In this document: piece after piece, positions 27,488-37,254 of the stretch | How the letters are laid out: the number at the start of each line of letters is the position of its first letter | Numbering within the stretch: position 1 is the first letter of the stretch | NCBI GenBank assembly: GCA_002343185.1 | Contig: DDRT01000001.1 | Span: 400,215 to 464,214, forward strand | Source of the DNA: Deltaproteobacteria bacterium UBA2409 | Lineage (GTDB): Bacteria; Bdellovibrionota_C; UBA2361; DDRT01 | DNA: 64,000 bases | Direction of reading: 5' to 3' | The notes under the pieces: model-generated | The model's database searches: none | Told to the model about the DNA's origin: nothing | The model's input: only the letters and a program-made list of their open reading frames with translations | Translations under genes and position numbers: made by a program

Positions 27488-28813
27488 GTGAAAAAGGGGC
27501 TGTATATAAAAACTTACGGTTGTCAGATGAATGAATATGACACCCTTAAGCTCGAGAAAATTCTCGAACAAGACTATCAAAGTGTGCCCTGCCCAGAGAA
27601 TGCCGATTTAGTGCTGATCAATACCTGTAGTGTAAGAGAAAAGCCCGAGCAGAAGCTTTATAGTTTATTAGGGGAGCTCAGTGATCTTAAAAAAGCAAAA
27701 CCAGATCTTAAAATTGGTGTTTGTGGATGTGTTGCTCAACAAGAGGGCGAGCGAATAATTAAGCGAAGTAAAGCTGTTGATATTGTATTTGGAACGCATA
27801 ATCTATCTTTAGTCCCATCACTACTAAAGCAAAGAGAGTTAGGAGCTCCTCCTCAGGTTGCTGTAAATTACAGAGAGGATTGGGAGGATCTCCCTTTAGG
27901 CTTTTCTGAAACAGATAAAGTTTCAGTTTTTGTCTCTATAAGTAGAGGCTGTAATAAAAATTGCACCTATTGCATTGTGCCAACCACCAGAGGAAAGGAA
28001 GTTTCAAGATCTCTAGATGAGATAGAAAGAGAGGTGAAAATTGCAGTTTTTAGAGGTGCTAAAGAAGTTACTCTTTTAGGTCAAACGGTAAATAGTTACG
28101 GAAAAGATTTTACTCCAAGGCAGTCTTTTGCATCACTACTTGAGAGATTATCAAAAATTGATGGATTAGAACGTATCAGATTTACGAGTCCACATCCTCA
28201 AGAGGTAAAAGAGGATTTTATCGATCTTGTGACTAATAATCCAAAAGTTTGTAAGCATATTCATATGCCACTTCAATCTGGTAGTGACAGAATTCTAAAA
28301 CTAATGAATAGAAATTATAGGAAGAAGAGGTACTTAGAGATCATCCACGGCCTAAAAGAAAAAGTTCCTGATATATCTATAACAACCGATATTATTGTTG
28401 GTTTCCCAGGTGAAACTGAAAGCGATTATCAAGAAACATTAGAAGTGATGCGAGAAGTTGAATTTGATAATAGCTATTCTTTTATGTTTTCACCGAGACC
28501 AGGAACAAAAGCAGCTGAGATGAAAGAAGAGATATCTCAAAAAGAAAAGCTTTCAAGACTTCAAAATCTTCAATCTTTACAGTTTGAGATAACAAAGAAG
28601 AGGCTTGATTCTTGGGTTGGAAAACGTGGTGAGGTACTTGTTGAGGGAGTTAGTCCCTATCAAAATGATGATAAAGACACAGTTTATTATGGTCGCTTAA
28701 GTCAAAATATTACTGTCAATTTTCTTGGTTCAGAAGTTAAAACTGGTTCTATTCTTGATGTCGATATAACAGGAGCTTCAAAGTTTACCCTAAAAGGGGC
28801 GGTTTGCATTTGA
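27488..28813 (+). CDS. miaB: tRNA-i6A37 methylthiotransferase MiaB (radical SAM MTTase).
   Basis: N-terminal MTTase motif YIKTYGCQMNEYD, radical-SAM CNKNCTYC and a C-terminal TRAM region. GTG start. Confidence 0.85.
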   Translation: MKKGLYIKTYGCQMNEYDTLKLEKILEQDYQSVPCPENADLVLINTCSVREKPEQKLYSLLGELSDLKKAKPDLKIGVCGCVAQQEGERIIKRSKAVDIVFGTHNLSLVPSLLKQRELGAPPQVAVNYREDWEDLPLGFSETDKVSVFVSISRGCNKNCTYCIVPTTRGKEVSRSLDEIEREVKIAVFRGAKEVTLLGQTVNSYGKDFTPRQSFASLLERLSKIDGLERIRFTSPHPQEVKEDFIDLVTNNPKVCKHIHMPLQSGSDRILKLMNRNYRKKRYLEIIHGLKEKVPDISITTDIIVGFPGETESDYQETLEVMREVEFDNSYSFMFSPRPGTKAAEMKEEISQKEKLSRLQNLQSLQFEITKKRLDSWVGKRGEVLVEGVSPYQNDDKDTVYYGRLSQNITVNFLGSEVKTGSILDVDITGASKFTLKGAVCI

Positions 28814-28853
28814 ATAGACTGAAAACCCCTGTTGCTGTTATACTGAAGCTAGA

Positions 28854-29402
28854 ATGACAAAAGAGCCTGAGGCTATAGAGATGTTTGTTGGGGGTTTGGT
28901 GCTTGATCCAAATACACAGGCTCCAGTGGTGGTTTTAAAAGATGAAAGTGGCAGTATATCCCTTCCAATTTGGATAGGTGTTGCAGAGGCTACCTCCATT
29001 GCCAGTGTTCTTAAGCAGGTTCCCATGGCTAGACCTCTCACCCATGATCTTATGTCTGTCATGATTCATGAGCTAGGAGGAAGAGTTGAGCGGGTAATCA
29101 TTACGGAGCTAAAAGATTCAACTTACTTTGCAGAGATCTTATTAGCAGTGGGAGATAAAGCTTTCATACTCGATGCTAGACCCAGTGACGCCATTGGGAT
29201 GGCTCTTAGAGAACAGGCTCCAATCTATGTAAGCCAGGAAGTAATAAAACAGGCACAGGTTAAGTTTGAACCCCCTCCTCAGGAGGCTTCAGAGCCAACT
29301 CCAGAAGAAGAGCCTAAACAGGATCTTCAAGGGGTAGAGCGGGATAAATGGGGCGAAATACTAGAAGACCTCGATCCTGATGACTTTAAGTATAAGCAGT
29401 AG
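28854..29402 (+). CDS. Bifunctional-nuclease-domain (DUF151/BFN) protein.
   Basis: Motif ESGSISLPIWIGVAEATSIA matches the conserved LPIWIG…AEA core of the DUF151 family. It has an acidic C-terminal tail. Confidence 0.55.
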   Translation: MTKEPEAIEMFVGGLVLDPNTQAPVVVLKDESGSISLPIWIGVAEATSIASVLKQVPMARPLTHDLMSVMIHELGGRVERVIITELKDSTYFAEILLAVGDKAFILDARPSDAIGMALREQAPIYVSQEVIKQAQVKFEPPPQEASEPTPEEEPKQDLQGVERDKWGEILEDLDPDDFKYKQ

Positions 29403-29441
29403 CATAGACTTCCAGCCTCTTTTCGCGGTAAAAAGATTTTA

Positions 29442-30062
29442 ATGTCATTACTAGGTGAAATTAAAGGCCGTTACGAAGAGCAATTAACTGAAGATCCCGT
29501 TTTACAATGGTTTGAAAAAAACGGAAAAGCTATTTTTTATGGAATTCTGGCTATATGGGCTGCCTTTTATCTTTGGGGTCTCTATCAGGATACAGAAAAA
29601 AAATCTGCTAGAGAAAGAGCTGATAGCTTTGCAGAAGTACAAACACTTTACGATTCTTGGAGATCAGCAACGGAGGATAAGGATAAAAAGCTTGGTGAAC
29701 TAAAAGCTGCAATTTCAGCGATGAACAAGAACCCTTATCGAGCGATTGCACCTTTATATGAAACTCTAATAGCAATCGAAGAGAAAAAGCCAGCTAATCC
29801 TGCCAAGGCAGCGCCAAGTGAAATAAATACATTTTCAGAAGAGCTCCAACGTCTTGCAATAGCAAGATCTAAAATTGATCTTTCACGAGAAGAAGCAATT
29901 AAAGATTTAACAGAGCTTGCAAAAAGCTCAAAGTTTATAAGAGGAAATGCAGTAGCAATTCTAGAAGAGATTGCAGCTACAGAAGGCGAGAAAAATCTTG
30001 CTGCCGATCTTAAAAAGTCCTTACTAGAGGTGGAACCCTTTCAGAGTGCTGTGATTAGGTAG
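29442..30062 (+). CDS. Hypothetical membrane-associated protein (206 aa).
   Basis: One predicted TM helix (AIFYGILAIWAAFYLWGL) followed by a helical/charged domain. Confidence 0.4.
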   Translation: MSLLGEIKGRYEEQLTEDPVLQWFEKNGKAIFYGILAIWAAFYLWGLYQDTEKKSARERADSFAEVQTLYDSWRSATEDKDKKLGELKAAISAMNKNPYRAIAPLYETLIAIEEKKPANPAKAAPSEINTFSEELQRLAIARSKIDLSREEAIKDLTELAKSSKFIRGNAVAILEEIAATEGEKNLAADLKKSLLEVEPFQSAVIR

Positions 30063-30103
30063 GGTTGGGTTTTTTTAGGAAACTTCCCTCTCGCTGCTAT
30101 TTA

Positions 30104-30153
30104 CTTGGGGGTCAGGCCGGAAGGCCTGACCAGGCAAGGACTAGACTGGTCAG
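30104..30153. repeat. Family-1 palindromic element (one full unit plus a degenerate inverted partner).
   Basis: CTTGGGGGTCAGGCCGGAAGGCCTGACCAGG … CTGGTCAGGCTCCCCAAG. It lies between convergent genes. Confidence 0.7.
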
Positions 30154-30172
30154 GCTCCCCAAGTACTAACGA

Positions 30173-31450
30173 CTACCCTCTCGAAGATCTTAGCTCTGCT
30201 TTAATTGATCTTGATTCCAATCTTTCTTTTATTTTTTTAGCATGACGCTCATCTCTTACTTCTACAAGAAAACTAATGTTCGTATTTCCAGGTAAGTCGC
30301 AATAAACTCGATCATGAATAGTTTCGATAATTGAAGCGCCATTTTCTGCTAAAACAGTTGCAATTTTGGCTAAACTGCCTGGTCTATCAGGAACAGATAC
30401 TTTGAATGTTACAAGCCTGTTTCTTAAACCTAGATCTCTTGAGATTAGCCTTGAGAGCGAAGAAACATCAATGTTTGATCCGCAGATAAAAATACAGACT
30501 TTTTTTATTTTTTTAGGGAGTTCTCCAGTTAAAAGTGGAACTAGACTTGCTGAGCCGGCTCCTTCAACCAGCGTTCTTTCAAGTTCAAGTAAAGTGATTA
30601 CTGCATTTGCTATATGTGTTTCAGAAGCAATGAATGTTTTGTCTACCAGCTTTTTGATTAACTTTTCAGTTAGCATACCTCGAGTCTTTACAGCTATTCC
30701 ATCTGCGATAGAGGATGGCATGAGCATCCGCTTTGGGTCCGCAACCTCTTTTAACTGCGCATTGACTGCCCACTCTGATCTCACACCATAAAGTGGAATT
30801 TTTCCATTAAGTGCCAATCCAGTTCCAGAGATATATCCGCCACCACCAATTGGAACTATAAAACAATCAAAATCCTCTTTTTCTTCAAGAACCTCTAAAG
30901 CCGAAGTACCTTGTCCGGCGATAACTCTTGGGTCATCAAAAGCATGAATAATCGGAAGTGAGCGGTTTTTTGAAAGCTCCTGCACATGAGCTTGAGCTTC
31001 ATGAAACGTATCCCCAGAGAGTATCACTTCGGCTCCATGTTCAATTGAACGACGTACTTTAACGACCGGTGCAGTTCTAGGCATTATTAGGGTACAAGGT
31101 ATATCGAGCTTCCCTGCGTAGTAGCTTACGGCTAGTGCATGATTCCCAGCGCTAGCAGCGCACACCCCTTTTTTCTTTTCACTTTTTGATAGCTGAAGCA
31201 GGGTATTTAGAGCGCCTCTTTCTTTAAAAGAACCAGTTCTAAGTTTGTTGTCCCATTTACAGTAAACTTCCTTACCTGTTAGCTCACTTAAAAGGGGGCT
31301 GTAAGTTAAAGGAGTTGGTGTAATAAAATCGCGAATACGCTTTGATGCTTCAATTACATCTTTTTTAGATAGCATATACCTAAGATTATCGGTAAGAAGG
31401 GTTCGCGCATACTCTTTTTTTTCGGTATGATTTCTTTGTGGGAATTCCAA
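30173..31450 (-). CDS. ilvA: Threonine dehydratase (PLP-dependent, with a C-terminal ACT-like regulatory domain).
   Basis: PLP-lysine motif TGSFKERGALN, glycine-rich loop IVPIGGGGYISG, and a roughly 80-aa C-terminal ACT-like domain. Confidence 0.85.
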   Translation of the reverse strand: MEFPQRNHTEKKEYARTLLTDNLRYMLSKKDVIEASKRIRDFITPTPLTYSPLLSELTGKEVYCKWDNKLRTGSFKERGALNTLLQLSKSEKKKGVCAASAGNHALAVSYYAGKLDIPCTLIMPRTAPVVKVRRSIEHGAEVILSGDTFHEAQAHVQELSKNRSLPIIHAFDDPRVIAGQGTSALEVLEEKEDFDCFIVPIGGGGYISGTGLALNGKIPLYGVRSEWAVNAQLKEVADPKRMLMPSSIADGIAVKTRGMLTEKLIKKLVDKTFIASETHIANAVITLLELERTLVEGAGSASLVPLLTGELPKKIKKVCIFICGSNIDVSSLSRLISRDLGLRNRLVTFKVSVPDRPGSLAKIATVLAENGASIIETIHDRVYCDLPGNTNISFLVEVRDERHAKKIKERLESRSIKAELRSSRG

Positions 31451-32316
31451 AAGAGGTAAAAATAAGAGAAGTTGGCCCCAGAGAAGGCTTTCAGATCCTT
31501 CCTTTTGTTGTTGATACTGATAAAAAACTTGAGCTTCTCGGTGGCCTTGAAAAAACAGGGGTTTCTTATATTGAAGCCTGTTCTTTCGTAAGAGCCGATT
31601 TGGTCCCTCAACATGCAGATGCAGAAGAAGTAGTTAAAAGACTAAAAACTAAAGGCTTATTTGGGGCTCTTTGTTTAAATCAGTTTGGATATAAAAAAGC
31701 AAGAAATTTCTCGATTCTTGTTCATGAACCGTGGATTCATACATCTGTCTGTGAGGAGTTTTTGATTAAGAACTCCGGTAAAGATTTCAATAAAGAGAAA
31801 GAAACCTTCCCGGATTGGAGAGAGTTATTTAAAGAATTTCCTGGTGTTAAACTTATGGTTTCAATGTCATTTGGATCCCCAAAGCTGGGAACTATAAATC
31901 CTGATGATGCTTTTGTACGAATCAAAGATGTAGCATCACATTTCAAGGTCGAGGAAATATGCTTAGCAGATACAATCGGCATTGGAACTCCAAATCAGGT
32001 CTCTGAACTTGTTGAACTCTGTAAATCGCAATTTGATAAAGTTTCACTTCATCTTCATGATACAAACGGAGTAGGTATTGCTAATGCCTATGCTGGGCTT
32101 CTTTGCGGAGTTGATACCTTCGAGGCTTCAATTGGTGGATTAGGAGGGTGTCCTTTCACTAAAGGGGCAAGTGGTAATATCGCGACAGAGGAATTATTAT
32201 TTTTACTTGAAGGACTTGGTATTAAAACTGGAGTTAGTTTAAACGCCTACCGTGACCTCCTCCCTCTTGTGGCATCAATAACAAAAAAAGATCTTAAATC
32301 TTCCTTTTATCGTTGA
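31438..32316 (+). CDS. Hydroxymethylglutaryl-CoA lyase-like (DRE-TIM aldolase family) protein.
   Basis: N-terminal VKIREVGPREGFQ, and catalytic region ICLADTIGIGTP … HLHDTNGVGIANAYAGLLCG … GGLGGCPF. The GTG start overlaps the ilvA start divergently by about 13 nt. Confidence 0.7.
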   Translation: MGIPKEVKIREVGPREGFQILPFVVDTDKKLELLGGLEKTGVSYIEACSFVRADLVPQHADAEEVVKRLKTKGLFGALCLNQFGYKKARNFSILVHEPWIHTSVCEEFLIKNSGKDFNKEKETFPDWRELFKEFPGVKLMVSMSFGSPKLGTINPDDAFVRIKDVASHFKVEEICLADTIGIGTPNQVSELVELCKSQFDKVSLHLHDTNGVGIANAYAGLLCGVDTFEASIGGLGGCPFTKGASGNIATEELLFLLEGLGIKTGVSLNAYRDLLPLVASITKKDLKSSFYR

Positions 32317-32397
32317 AATATCGTTATTTCGTCCTTATAGAGGGGTTTGTTGAGATTGAAATTTTTATAGTATACTAAAATCACTTTTTAGAGGTTT

Positions 32398-32682
32398 ATG
32401 GCTAATTTATTTGCTCCATATAAAGGTTCTCGCCCAAAAGTGGTTGAGATAAAGGGTAATAGATTGATTATCGTAGCAAGAGATGAAGAGGTCTTTGATG
32501 CTGATTCTCTTGAAGCAATCGGTGCTGATGGGGTAAAGCGAGTTCGCGTGGATGGCCCAGAGGAGTATGCGCTTTTTAAACTTTGCTCTAGATATAATAG
32601 TGGAGTGATAGTTGCGTCTTCAGATATTGAACTGTCTCAGGTTTTAAGCGGACTCAAAACTGAACTTCCGTGGATTCAGTAG
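32398..32682 (+). CDS. Hypothetical small protein (94 aa).
   Basis: Clean ORF with no motif. Its stop overlaps the folK stop region (convergent). Confidence 0.3.
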   Translation: MANLFAPYKGSRPKVVEIKGNRLIIVARDEEVFDADSLEAIGADGVKRVRVDGPEEYALFKLCSRYNSGVIVASSDIELSQVLSGLKTELPWIQ

Positions 32683-33167
32683 ATTACACACTTTGATTTA
32701 ACCAATGATAATAGTTCCAAGACAGTTTTATTATGACTTGGGTGAATGAAATTAGGTGCGATCTCAGCTAAAGGTGCCAATACAAAATCTCGATTTATAA
32801 TCTCAGGGTGTGGAACTTTGCAATTTTCCTGATCGATGATCTGGTCCTGATAAAAAAGAAGATCAAGATCTATTAACCTTGACCCCCATTTTTCTATTCT
32901 TATTCTACCTAGCCTGGTTTCAATACTTAAAAGGGATTTTACTATTTCAGTGGGAGGCAATTCTGTTTTTACTTCTATAGCACTATTAATAAACTCAGGC
33001 TCAAATTGACTTACTCCATCTTTTGTCAGTGCCAGAGATTTGAACCATTTTGAGGCACTTATAATTATACCTACCTCATCTGAAATAAGTTTTAAGCACT
33101 GGAAAATAGCCTCAGGAGTTTCTGCTAAATTCCCCCCAATTCCTATAAAAACCTTCCCTTCCCTCAT
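32676..33167 (-). CDS. folK: 2-amino-4-hydroxy-6-hydroxymethyldihydropteridine pyrophosphokinase (HPPK).
   Basis: HPPK motifs: VFIGIGGNL, and GRIRIEKWGSRLIDLDLLFY … PHP. The likely start is the internal Met (MREGKVFIG). The track ORF carries a low-complexity N-terminal extension that is probably not translated. Confidence 0.7.
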   Translation of the reverse strand: MREGKVFIGIGGNLAETPEAIFQCLKLISDEVGIIISASKWFKSLALTKDGVSQFEPEFINSAIEVKTELPPTEIVKSLLSIETRLGRIRIEKWGSRLIDLDLLFYQDQIIDQENCKVPHPEIINRDFVLAPLAEIAPNFIHPSHNKTVLELLSLVKSKCVIY

Positions 33168-33192
33168 ATATTGGGTGGATAATAATCGATGT

Positions 33193-33855
33193 ATGACCAA
33201 AGAGATACTAGGGCTAGAAATTGGAGCTAAAGTCAAAGATGGCGAAGTGCTAGGTGTAGGCACCGGCTCAACTGTTGATGCAGCTATAATAGCAATCGGC
33301 GAAAGAATCAAAAAAGATAAGATAAAGGTTTTCGGAGTCACCTCGTCAAGAGAATCAAGCTTAAGATGCAGAGAAGTTGGTATTACCGTGTTAGAGCTTG
33401 GGGTTTCTATCGATTGGGGTTTTGATGGGGCTGATTTTGTTACACAGAAGCTTGAGTGCCTGAAAGGAAAAGGAGCTGCACTTTTAAGGGAAAAAATATT
33501 AGCCCACTCTCTTAATAAGTTTATAGTTATCGCTGACGATTCAAAATTAGTTTCAACTCTAGATAATCATCCAATTCCTGTCGAAGTGCTTCCTCCAGCT
33601 GAACTTTTAGTAAAAGCAGCTCTTAAAGAGCTTGGTGCTGCAGAGATAAAGCTTAGAGAAGGGACAGGAAAGTTTGGAGGAGTTGTTACTGAATTTGGTA
33701 ATATAATTTTAGATGTCAAATTTCCTAAAGTTTCAGAAGTTCTTTCAAAAGAGATCAAATGTATTACTGGAGTTGTGGATCACGGCCTATTTTTAAATGA
33801 AGCCTCTGAAGTTTGGATCGGCACTAAGAGTGGTGTACGAAAGTTTACGAGATGA
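33193..33855 (+). CDS. rpiA: Ribose-5-phosphate isomerase A.
   Basis: RpiA motifs [13 protein letters not shown] and [12 protein letters not shown]. The likely start is [12 protein letters not shown]. The track start at 33040 overlaps folK. Confidence 0.8.
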   Translation: MTKEILGLEIGAKVKDGEVLGVGTGSTVDAAIIAIGERIKKDKIKVFGVTSSRESSLRCREVGITVLELGVSIDWGFDGADFVTQKLECLKGKGAALLREKILAHSLNKFIVIADDSKLVSTLDNHPIPVEVLPPAELLVKAALKELGAAEIKLREGTGKFGGVVTEFGNIILDVKFPKVSEVLSKEIKCITGVVDHGLFLNEASEVWIGTKSGVRKFTR

Positions 33856-35711
33856 ACGACTATCTACTAGATGAAGAAGGTTATCAGGAACTTTATGAGA
33901 GATCCGTCAGGGATCCAGAAAATTTCTGGTCAGAGCAGGCTAGTTTGTTTTTAAGCTGGTTCAAGCCTTGGGAAAATGTTCTTAGATGGGATTATAAAAA
34001 AGGTCTTATTAAGTGGTTTGAGGGTGGAAAATTAAATGTTTGTTACAATTGTGTAGACAGGCATTTACCTAAAAGGGCCAATCAAGTTGCTATTCTTTGG
34101 GAGGGAAATGAACCTGGCGAAAATCGCTCAATCACTTATTTAGAGCTTAGTAAACTTGTTCAGAGATTTTCGAACGTTCTAAAAGATCACGGGGTTAAGA
34201 GAGGTGATCCAGTAATAATTTACATGCCAATGGTTCCTGAAGCAGCAATGGCAATGCTAGCTTGTGCCAGGATTGGCGCGGTGCATTCTGTGGTGTTTGC
34301 AGGGTTTTCTGCAGAGGCACTTAAAGATAGAATTTCAGATTCTGGAGCAAAACTTGTTATCACTGCCAACGAAGGACTTAGAGGAGATAAGGTAATTCCT
34401 TTAAAAAAGACTGTCGATGAGGCCAACCCCAAAAGAGTTTTAGTTTATAAAAGAACAAATTCTCCATGTGAAATGAAAGAAGGCAGGGATTTTTGGCTTG
34501 ATCTTGATTCCGCAAAAGATGGTTGTATGCCTGAAGAAATGGAGTCAGAGGATCCTTTATTTATTCTTTACACATCCGGCTCTACAGGTAAACCAAAAGG
34601 AGTGCTCCACACTCAGGCAGGTTATTTACTTTATACGGCGATGACCTTTAGATATGTGTTTGACTATAAGGATAGAGATATCCACTTTTGTGCTGCCGAT
34701 GTAGGTTGGATTACTGGACATAGCTATGTCGTGTATGGCCCCCTGGCTAATGGTGCAACGACTGTGATGTTTGAATCTATTCCAACGTATCCAGATCCAG
34801 GCCGATATTGGGATACAATAGAAAGGTTAAAAGCTAACACATTCTACACTGCTCCAACTGCTATAAGAGCGATTGCAAAAGAAGATAATAGCTTTGTAAC
34901 AAGGTACGATAGATCCTCTTTGAAAGTATTAGGCTCAGTCGGAGAGCCAATAAATAAAGACGCCTGGGAGTGGTATTCAGATGTTGTTGGTGAAGGGAGA
35001 TGTCCTGTGGTTGATACATGGTGGCAAACAGAGACGGGTGGAATATTAATTAGCCCATTACCTGGAGCGATTAAAACTAAACCTGGCTCTGCTACAAAGC
35101 CATTTTTCGGTATTAGACCAGCTTTACTTAAAGAAAATGGAGATCAGGTTTTAAACCCTGGTGAGGCGGGACGTCTTTGCATTGAATATCCATGGCCAGG
35201 TCAGGCAAGAACCGTTTGGGGAGATCATGAGAGATTTGTCTCTACTTATTTTTCTAGTTTCCCAGGATTTTATTTTACAGGTGATGCCGCAAAATTTGAT
35301 GAAGATGGTTATTTCTGGATCTCAGGACGAGTGGATGATGTTTTGAATGTGTCTGGTCATAGAATTGGAACAGCCGAGATTGAAAGTGCGATCGTTGCTT
35401 CTGGGATTGTTGCTGAAGCTGCAGTAGTTGGATTTCCACATGCAGTTAAAGGGGAGGGGATCTGTGCTTTTTGTATTCCAAAAGGAGAAGGAGACATTAA
35501 AGTTGTTATAGATTCCGTTGGAAAATTTATAGGAGGCTTTGCAAAACCTGATAAGGTAGTTTTTGTTTCAGGGCTACCTAAAACTAGATCGGGTAAGATT
35601 ATGAGGAGAATTTTGAGAAAGATTGCTTCTGGTGAAACTGAATCTTTAGGAGACACTTCAACTTTAGCTGATCCGTCAGTTGTTGAGGAATTACTCTGCA
35701 ATGTAAGTTAG
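33852..35711 (+). CDS. acs: Acetyl-CoA synthetase (AMP-forming acyl-CoA synthetase).
   Basis: AMP-binding signature [12 protein letters not shown], and later [13 protein letters not shown] and C-terminal [10 protein letters not shown]. Length 619 aa. Substrate (acetate versus propionate) is not resolvable by eye. Confidence 0.85.
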   Translation: MNDYLLDEEGYQELYERSVRDPENFWSEQASLFLSWFKPWENVLRWDYKKGLIKWFEGGKLNVCYNCVDRHLPKRANQVAILWEGNEPGENRSITYLELSKLVQRFSNVLKDHGVKRGDPVIIYMPMVPEAAMAMLACARIGAVHSVVFAGFSAEALKDRISDSGAKLVITANEGLRGDKVIPLKKTVDEANPKRVLVYKRTNSPCEMKEGRDFWLDLDSAKDGCMPEEMESEDPLFILYTSGSTGKPKGVLHTQAGYLLYTAMTFRYVFDYKDRDIHFCAADVGWITGHSYVVYGPLANGATTVMFESIPTYPDPGRYWDTIERLKANTFYTAPTAIRAIAKEDNSFVTRYDRSSLKVLGSVGEPINKDAWEWYSDVVGEGRCPVVDTWWQTETGGILISPLPGAIKTKPGSATKPFFGIRPALLKENGDQVLNPGEAGRLCIEYPWPGQARTVWGDHERFVSTYFSSFPGFYFTGDAAKFDEDGYFWISGRVDDVLNVSGHRIGTAEIESAIVASGIVAEAAVVGFPHAVKGEGICAFCIPKGEGDIKVVIDSVGKFIGGFAKPDKVVFVSGLPKTRSGKIMRRILRKIASGETESLGDTSTLADPSVVEELLCNVS

Positions 35712-35886
35712 GGGTCAGGCTAGTTGAGGGTCAGGGCGAGAGGATAATGCCTGAGCAGGTTTTTAGACTTTAGGGACTGGTTTCCTACTTCGCCAACTTG
35801 TCCTTCGAAGCTTCAGCGAAGTAGGAGGCTATATAGGACAAGAAAGCCAGTCCAGACAAATTCTAGACTCTCCCGGCCTGACCCCC
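35711..35886. repeat. Composite repeat: a family-2 element (35773-35858) nested inside a split family-1 unit (GGGGTCAGGC … CTCCCGGCCTGACCCCC).
   Basis: Family-1 half-sites flank a core (GGGACTGG…CTTCGAAGCTTCAGCGAAGTAGGAGG…CCAGTCCAGACA) that matches the 6951 and 51648 elements. Confidence 0.65.
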
Positions 35887-35900
35887 ACAAGTAAGCGAAA

Positions 35901-36374
35901 CTAGTTATCTAGCTTTGACATTATTAGATCTGTAATATCCCCGTTCCCCTCACCAAAAAGTACAGGGCCTCTTGGCTGCTCACCTTTGTAAAGGACAAGA
36001 TCTATATCTTCTGATTTTGCATACGCCTCAATCTCTTTCATCGCTTTTTTTGTAAGCTCTTCGTTGAAGGCTGCAACCTGAGACTGGATAGAGTTTTCCG
36101 TTTCTTGAAAAAATTTACTCATTGCTCGTTGCTTCTCTTTAAAGGCTTTTATATCAGCTTCTTGTTTTGATTCACGCGCCTTCTTTTCTAGGGCAATTAA
36201 GGTAGCATTATCTTTCTCAAGCGAGGTTGTTGCAGCAGCAGATTTTTTATCAATCTCGGCACGCTTTACTTTCGCCTCTTTTGATTCATTTAAGATTCTA
36301 TTTATATCGACCGTAACAATCTTGTATTCGGCTAGTGAAAGGGTTGTTAACAGTAATAATGCAAGTATTCTCAT
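35901..36374 (-). CDS. skp: Skp/OmpH-like periplasmic chaperone.
   Basis: Signal peptide MRILALLLLTTLSLA, 157 aa, and a coiled-coil-rich K/E composition typical of OmpH. Confidence 0.55.
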   Translation of the reverse strand: MRILALLLLTTLSLAEYKIVTVDINRILNESKEAKVKRAEIDKKSAAATTSLEKDNATLIALEKKARESKQEADIKAFKEKQRAMSKFFQETENSIQSQVAAFNEELTKKAMKEIEAYAKSEDIDLVLYKGEQPRGPVLFGEGNGDITDLIMSKLDN

Positions 36375-36457
36375 ATGGCCATGGATTTTGTTCTATTTAA
36401 CAAGTTAGAGCAAGAGGAGGGGGGAGGAGTAAGGATTTGAGTAATATTCGGGGCACC

Positions 36458-36760
36458 TCACCCCTTTCTTGATTGAATAAGTTTATAGAGATGAGCTGCT
36501 AGTTTGTCTAATAGCTCAATAGTGTCTGTATTTGGATAGCTTAAGTCTAAAATAGCCTGACACTCTCTAAGAGAACCAAAAGCTATAGAGTAGAATCTTC
36601 TTTGATCAGGCCTTGTTTCTCTTCCTACCCCTTCAGCCAGATTAAGCACAATGCTAGAGGCAGCCCTTTTTAGCTGGTCAGCTAGATGTCTTGGAAGTGG
36701 CATAGCGGTTGCTTTTCGGTAAAACAAAACGGCGAGATTGTAAGTTCTAAAGTTTTTCAT
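36458..36760 (-). CDS. Four-helix-bundle protein ('23S rRNA intervening sequence protein' family; Avd-like).
   Basis: The 100-aa protein MKNFRTYNLAV…LNLAEG…FYSIAFGSLRECQ matches the conserved pattern of the TIGR02436/PF05635 family. Confidence 0.7.
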   Translation of the reverse strand: MKNFRTYNLAVLFYRKATAMPLPRHLADQLKRAASSIVLNLAEGVGRETRPDQRRFYSIAFGSLRECQAILDLSYPNTDTIELLDKLAAHLYKLIQSRKG

Positions 36761-36770
36761 AGTTTATAGA

Positions 36771-36821
36771 CTCCTTTTCAAAAAAAGTTCCTGCCCGGAT
36801 GAGAACTTTTTTTGAAAAGGA
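36771..36821. promoter_or_regulatory. Perfect 51-bp inverted repeat (20-bp arms, 11/12-nt loop) between the divergent four-helix-bundle genes. The outer arms are the two Shine-Dalgarno sequences.
   Basis: CTCCTTTTCAAAAAAAGTTC-ctgcccggatga-GAACTTTTTTTGAAAAGGAG. AAAAGGAG is 10-11 nt upstream of each start codon. Confidence 0.6.
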
Positions 36822-36833
36822 GATTCCTTGTTT

Positions 36834-37133
36834 ATGAAAAACTTTAGAACTTACAATTTATCCGTTTCATTCTACCGAAGTGCAACAGCAATGCCACTTC
36901 CAAGCCCTCTTAAAGACCAGCTTAAAAGGGCTGCTCTGTCAGTGCCATTAAATCTGGCAGAAGGTAGAGGGAGAAGAACCAGAGCTGATCAGATAAGATT
37001 CTTCAGTATAGCGTTTGGATCAGTCAGAGAGTGCCAGGCTCTATTTGACATAGCTGATCTCAAAGATACAGATACTTATAGACTATTAGATAGCCTTGCA
37101 GCATCACTATATAAGCTAATCAAGAAGGGGTGA
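36834..37133 (+). CDS. Four-helix-bundle protein (paralog of 36458-36760, same family).
   Basis: MKNFRTYNLSV…LNLAEGRGRRT…FFSIAFGSVRECQ is roughly 60% identical to the divergent neighbour. The start is taken at the second Met after the SD. Confidence 0.7.
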   Translation: MKNFRTYNLSVSFYRSATAMPLPSPLKDQLKRAALSVPLNLAEGRGRRTRADQIRFFSIAFGSVRECQALFDIADLKDTDTYRLLDSLAASLYKLIKKG

Positions 37134-37254
37134 GAATCCCCTTAGCTTTTCAGCTATCGGCTTTCAGCAAACGGCTCACGGCTTACGGAGATACGGAGAA
37201 CGGAGAGACAGATAACAGGGATAGACACACAAATAATTACGAATTTTAAACTAC

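Noticed and set aside
30366-30791. 141-aa plus-strand ORF inside ilvA.
   Set aside because: It is antisense to a strongly supported PLP-enzyme gene.
31354-31982. Minus-strand ORFs at 31354-31614 and 31737-31982, overlapping the ilvA start and the HMG-CoA-lyase-like gene.
   Set aside because: They are shadow ORFs of confident genes.
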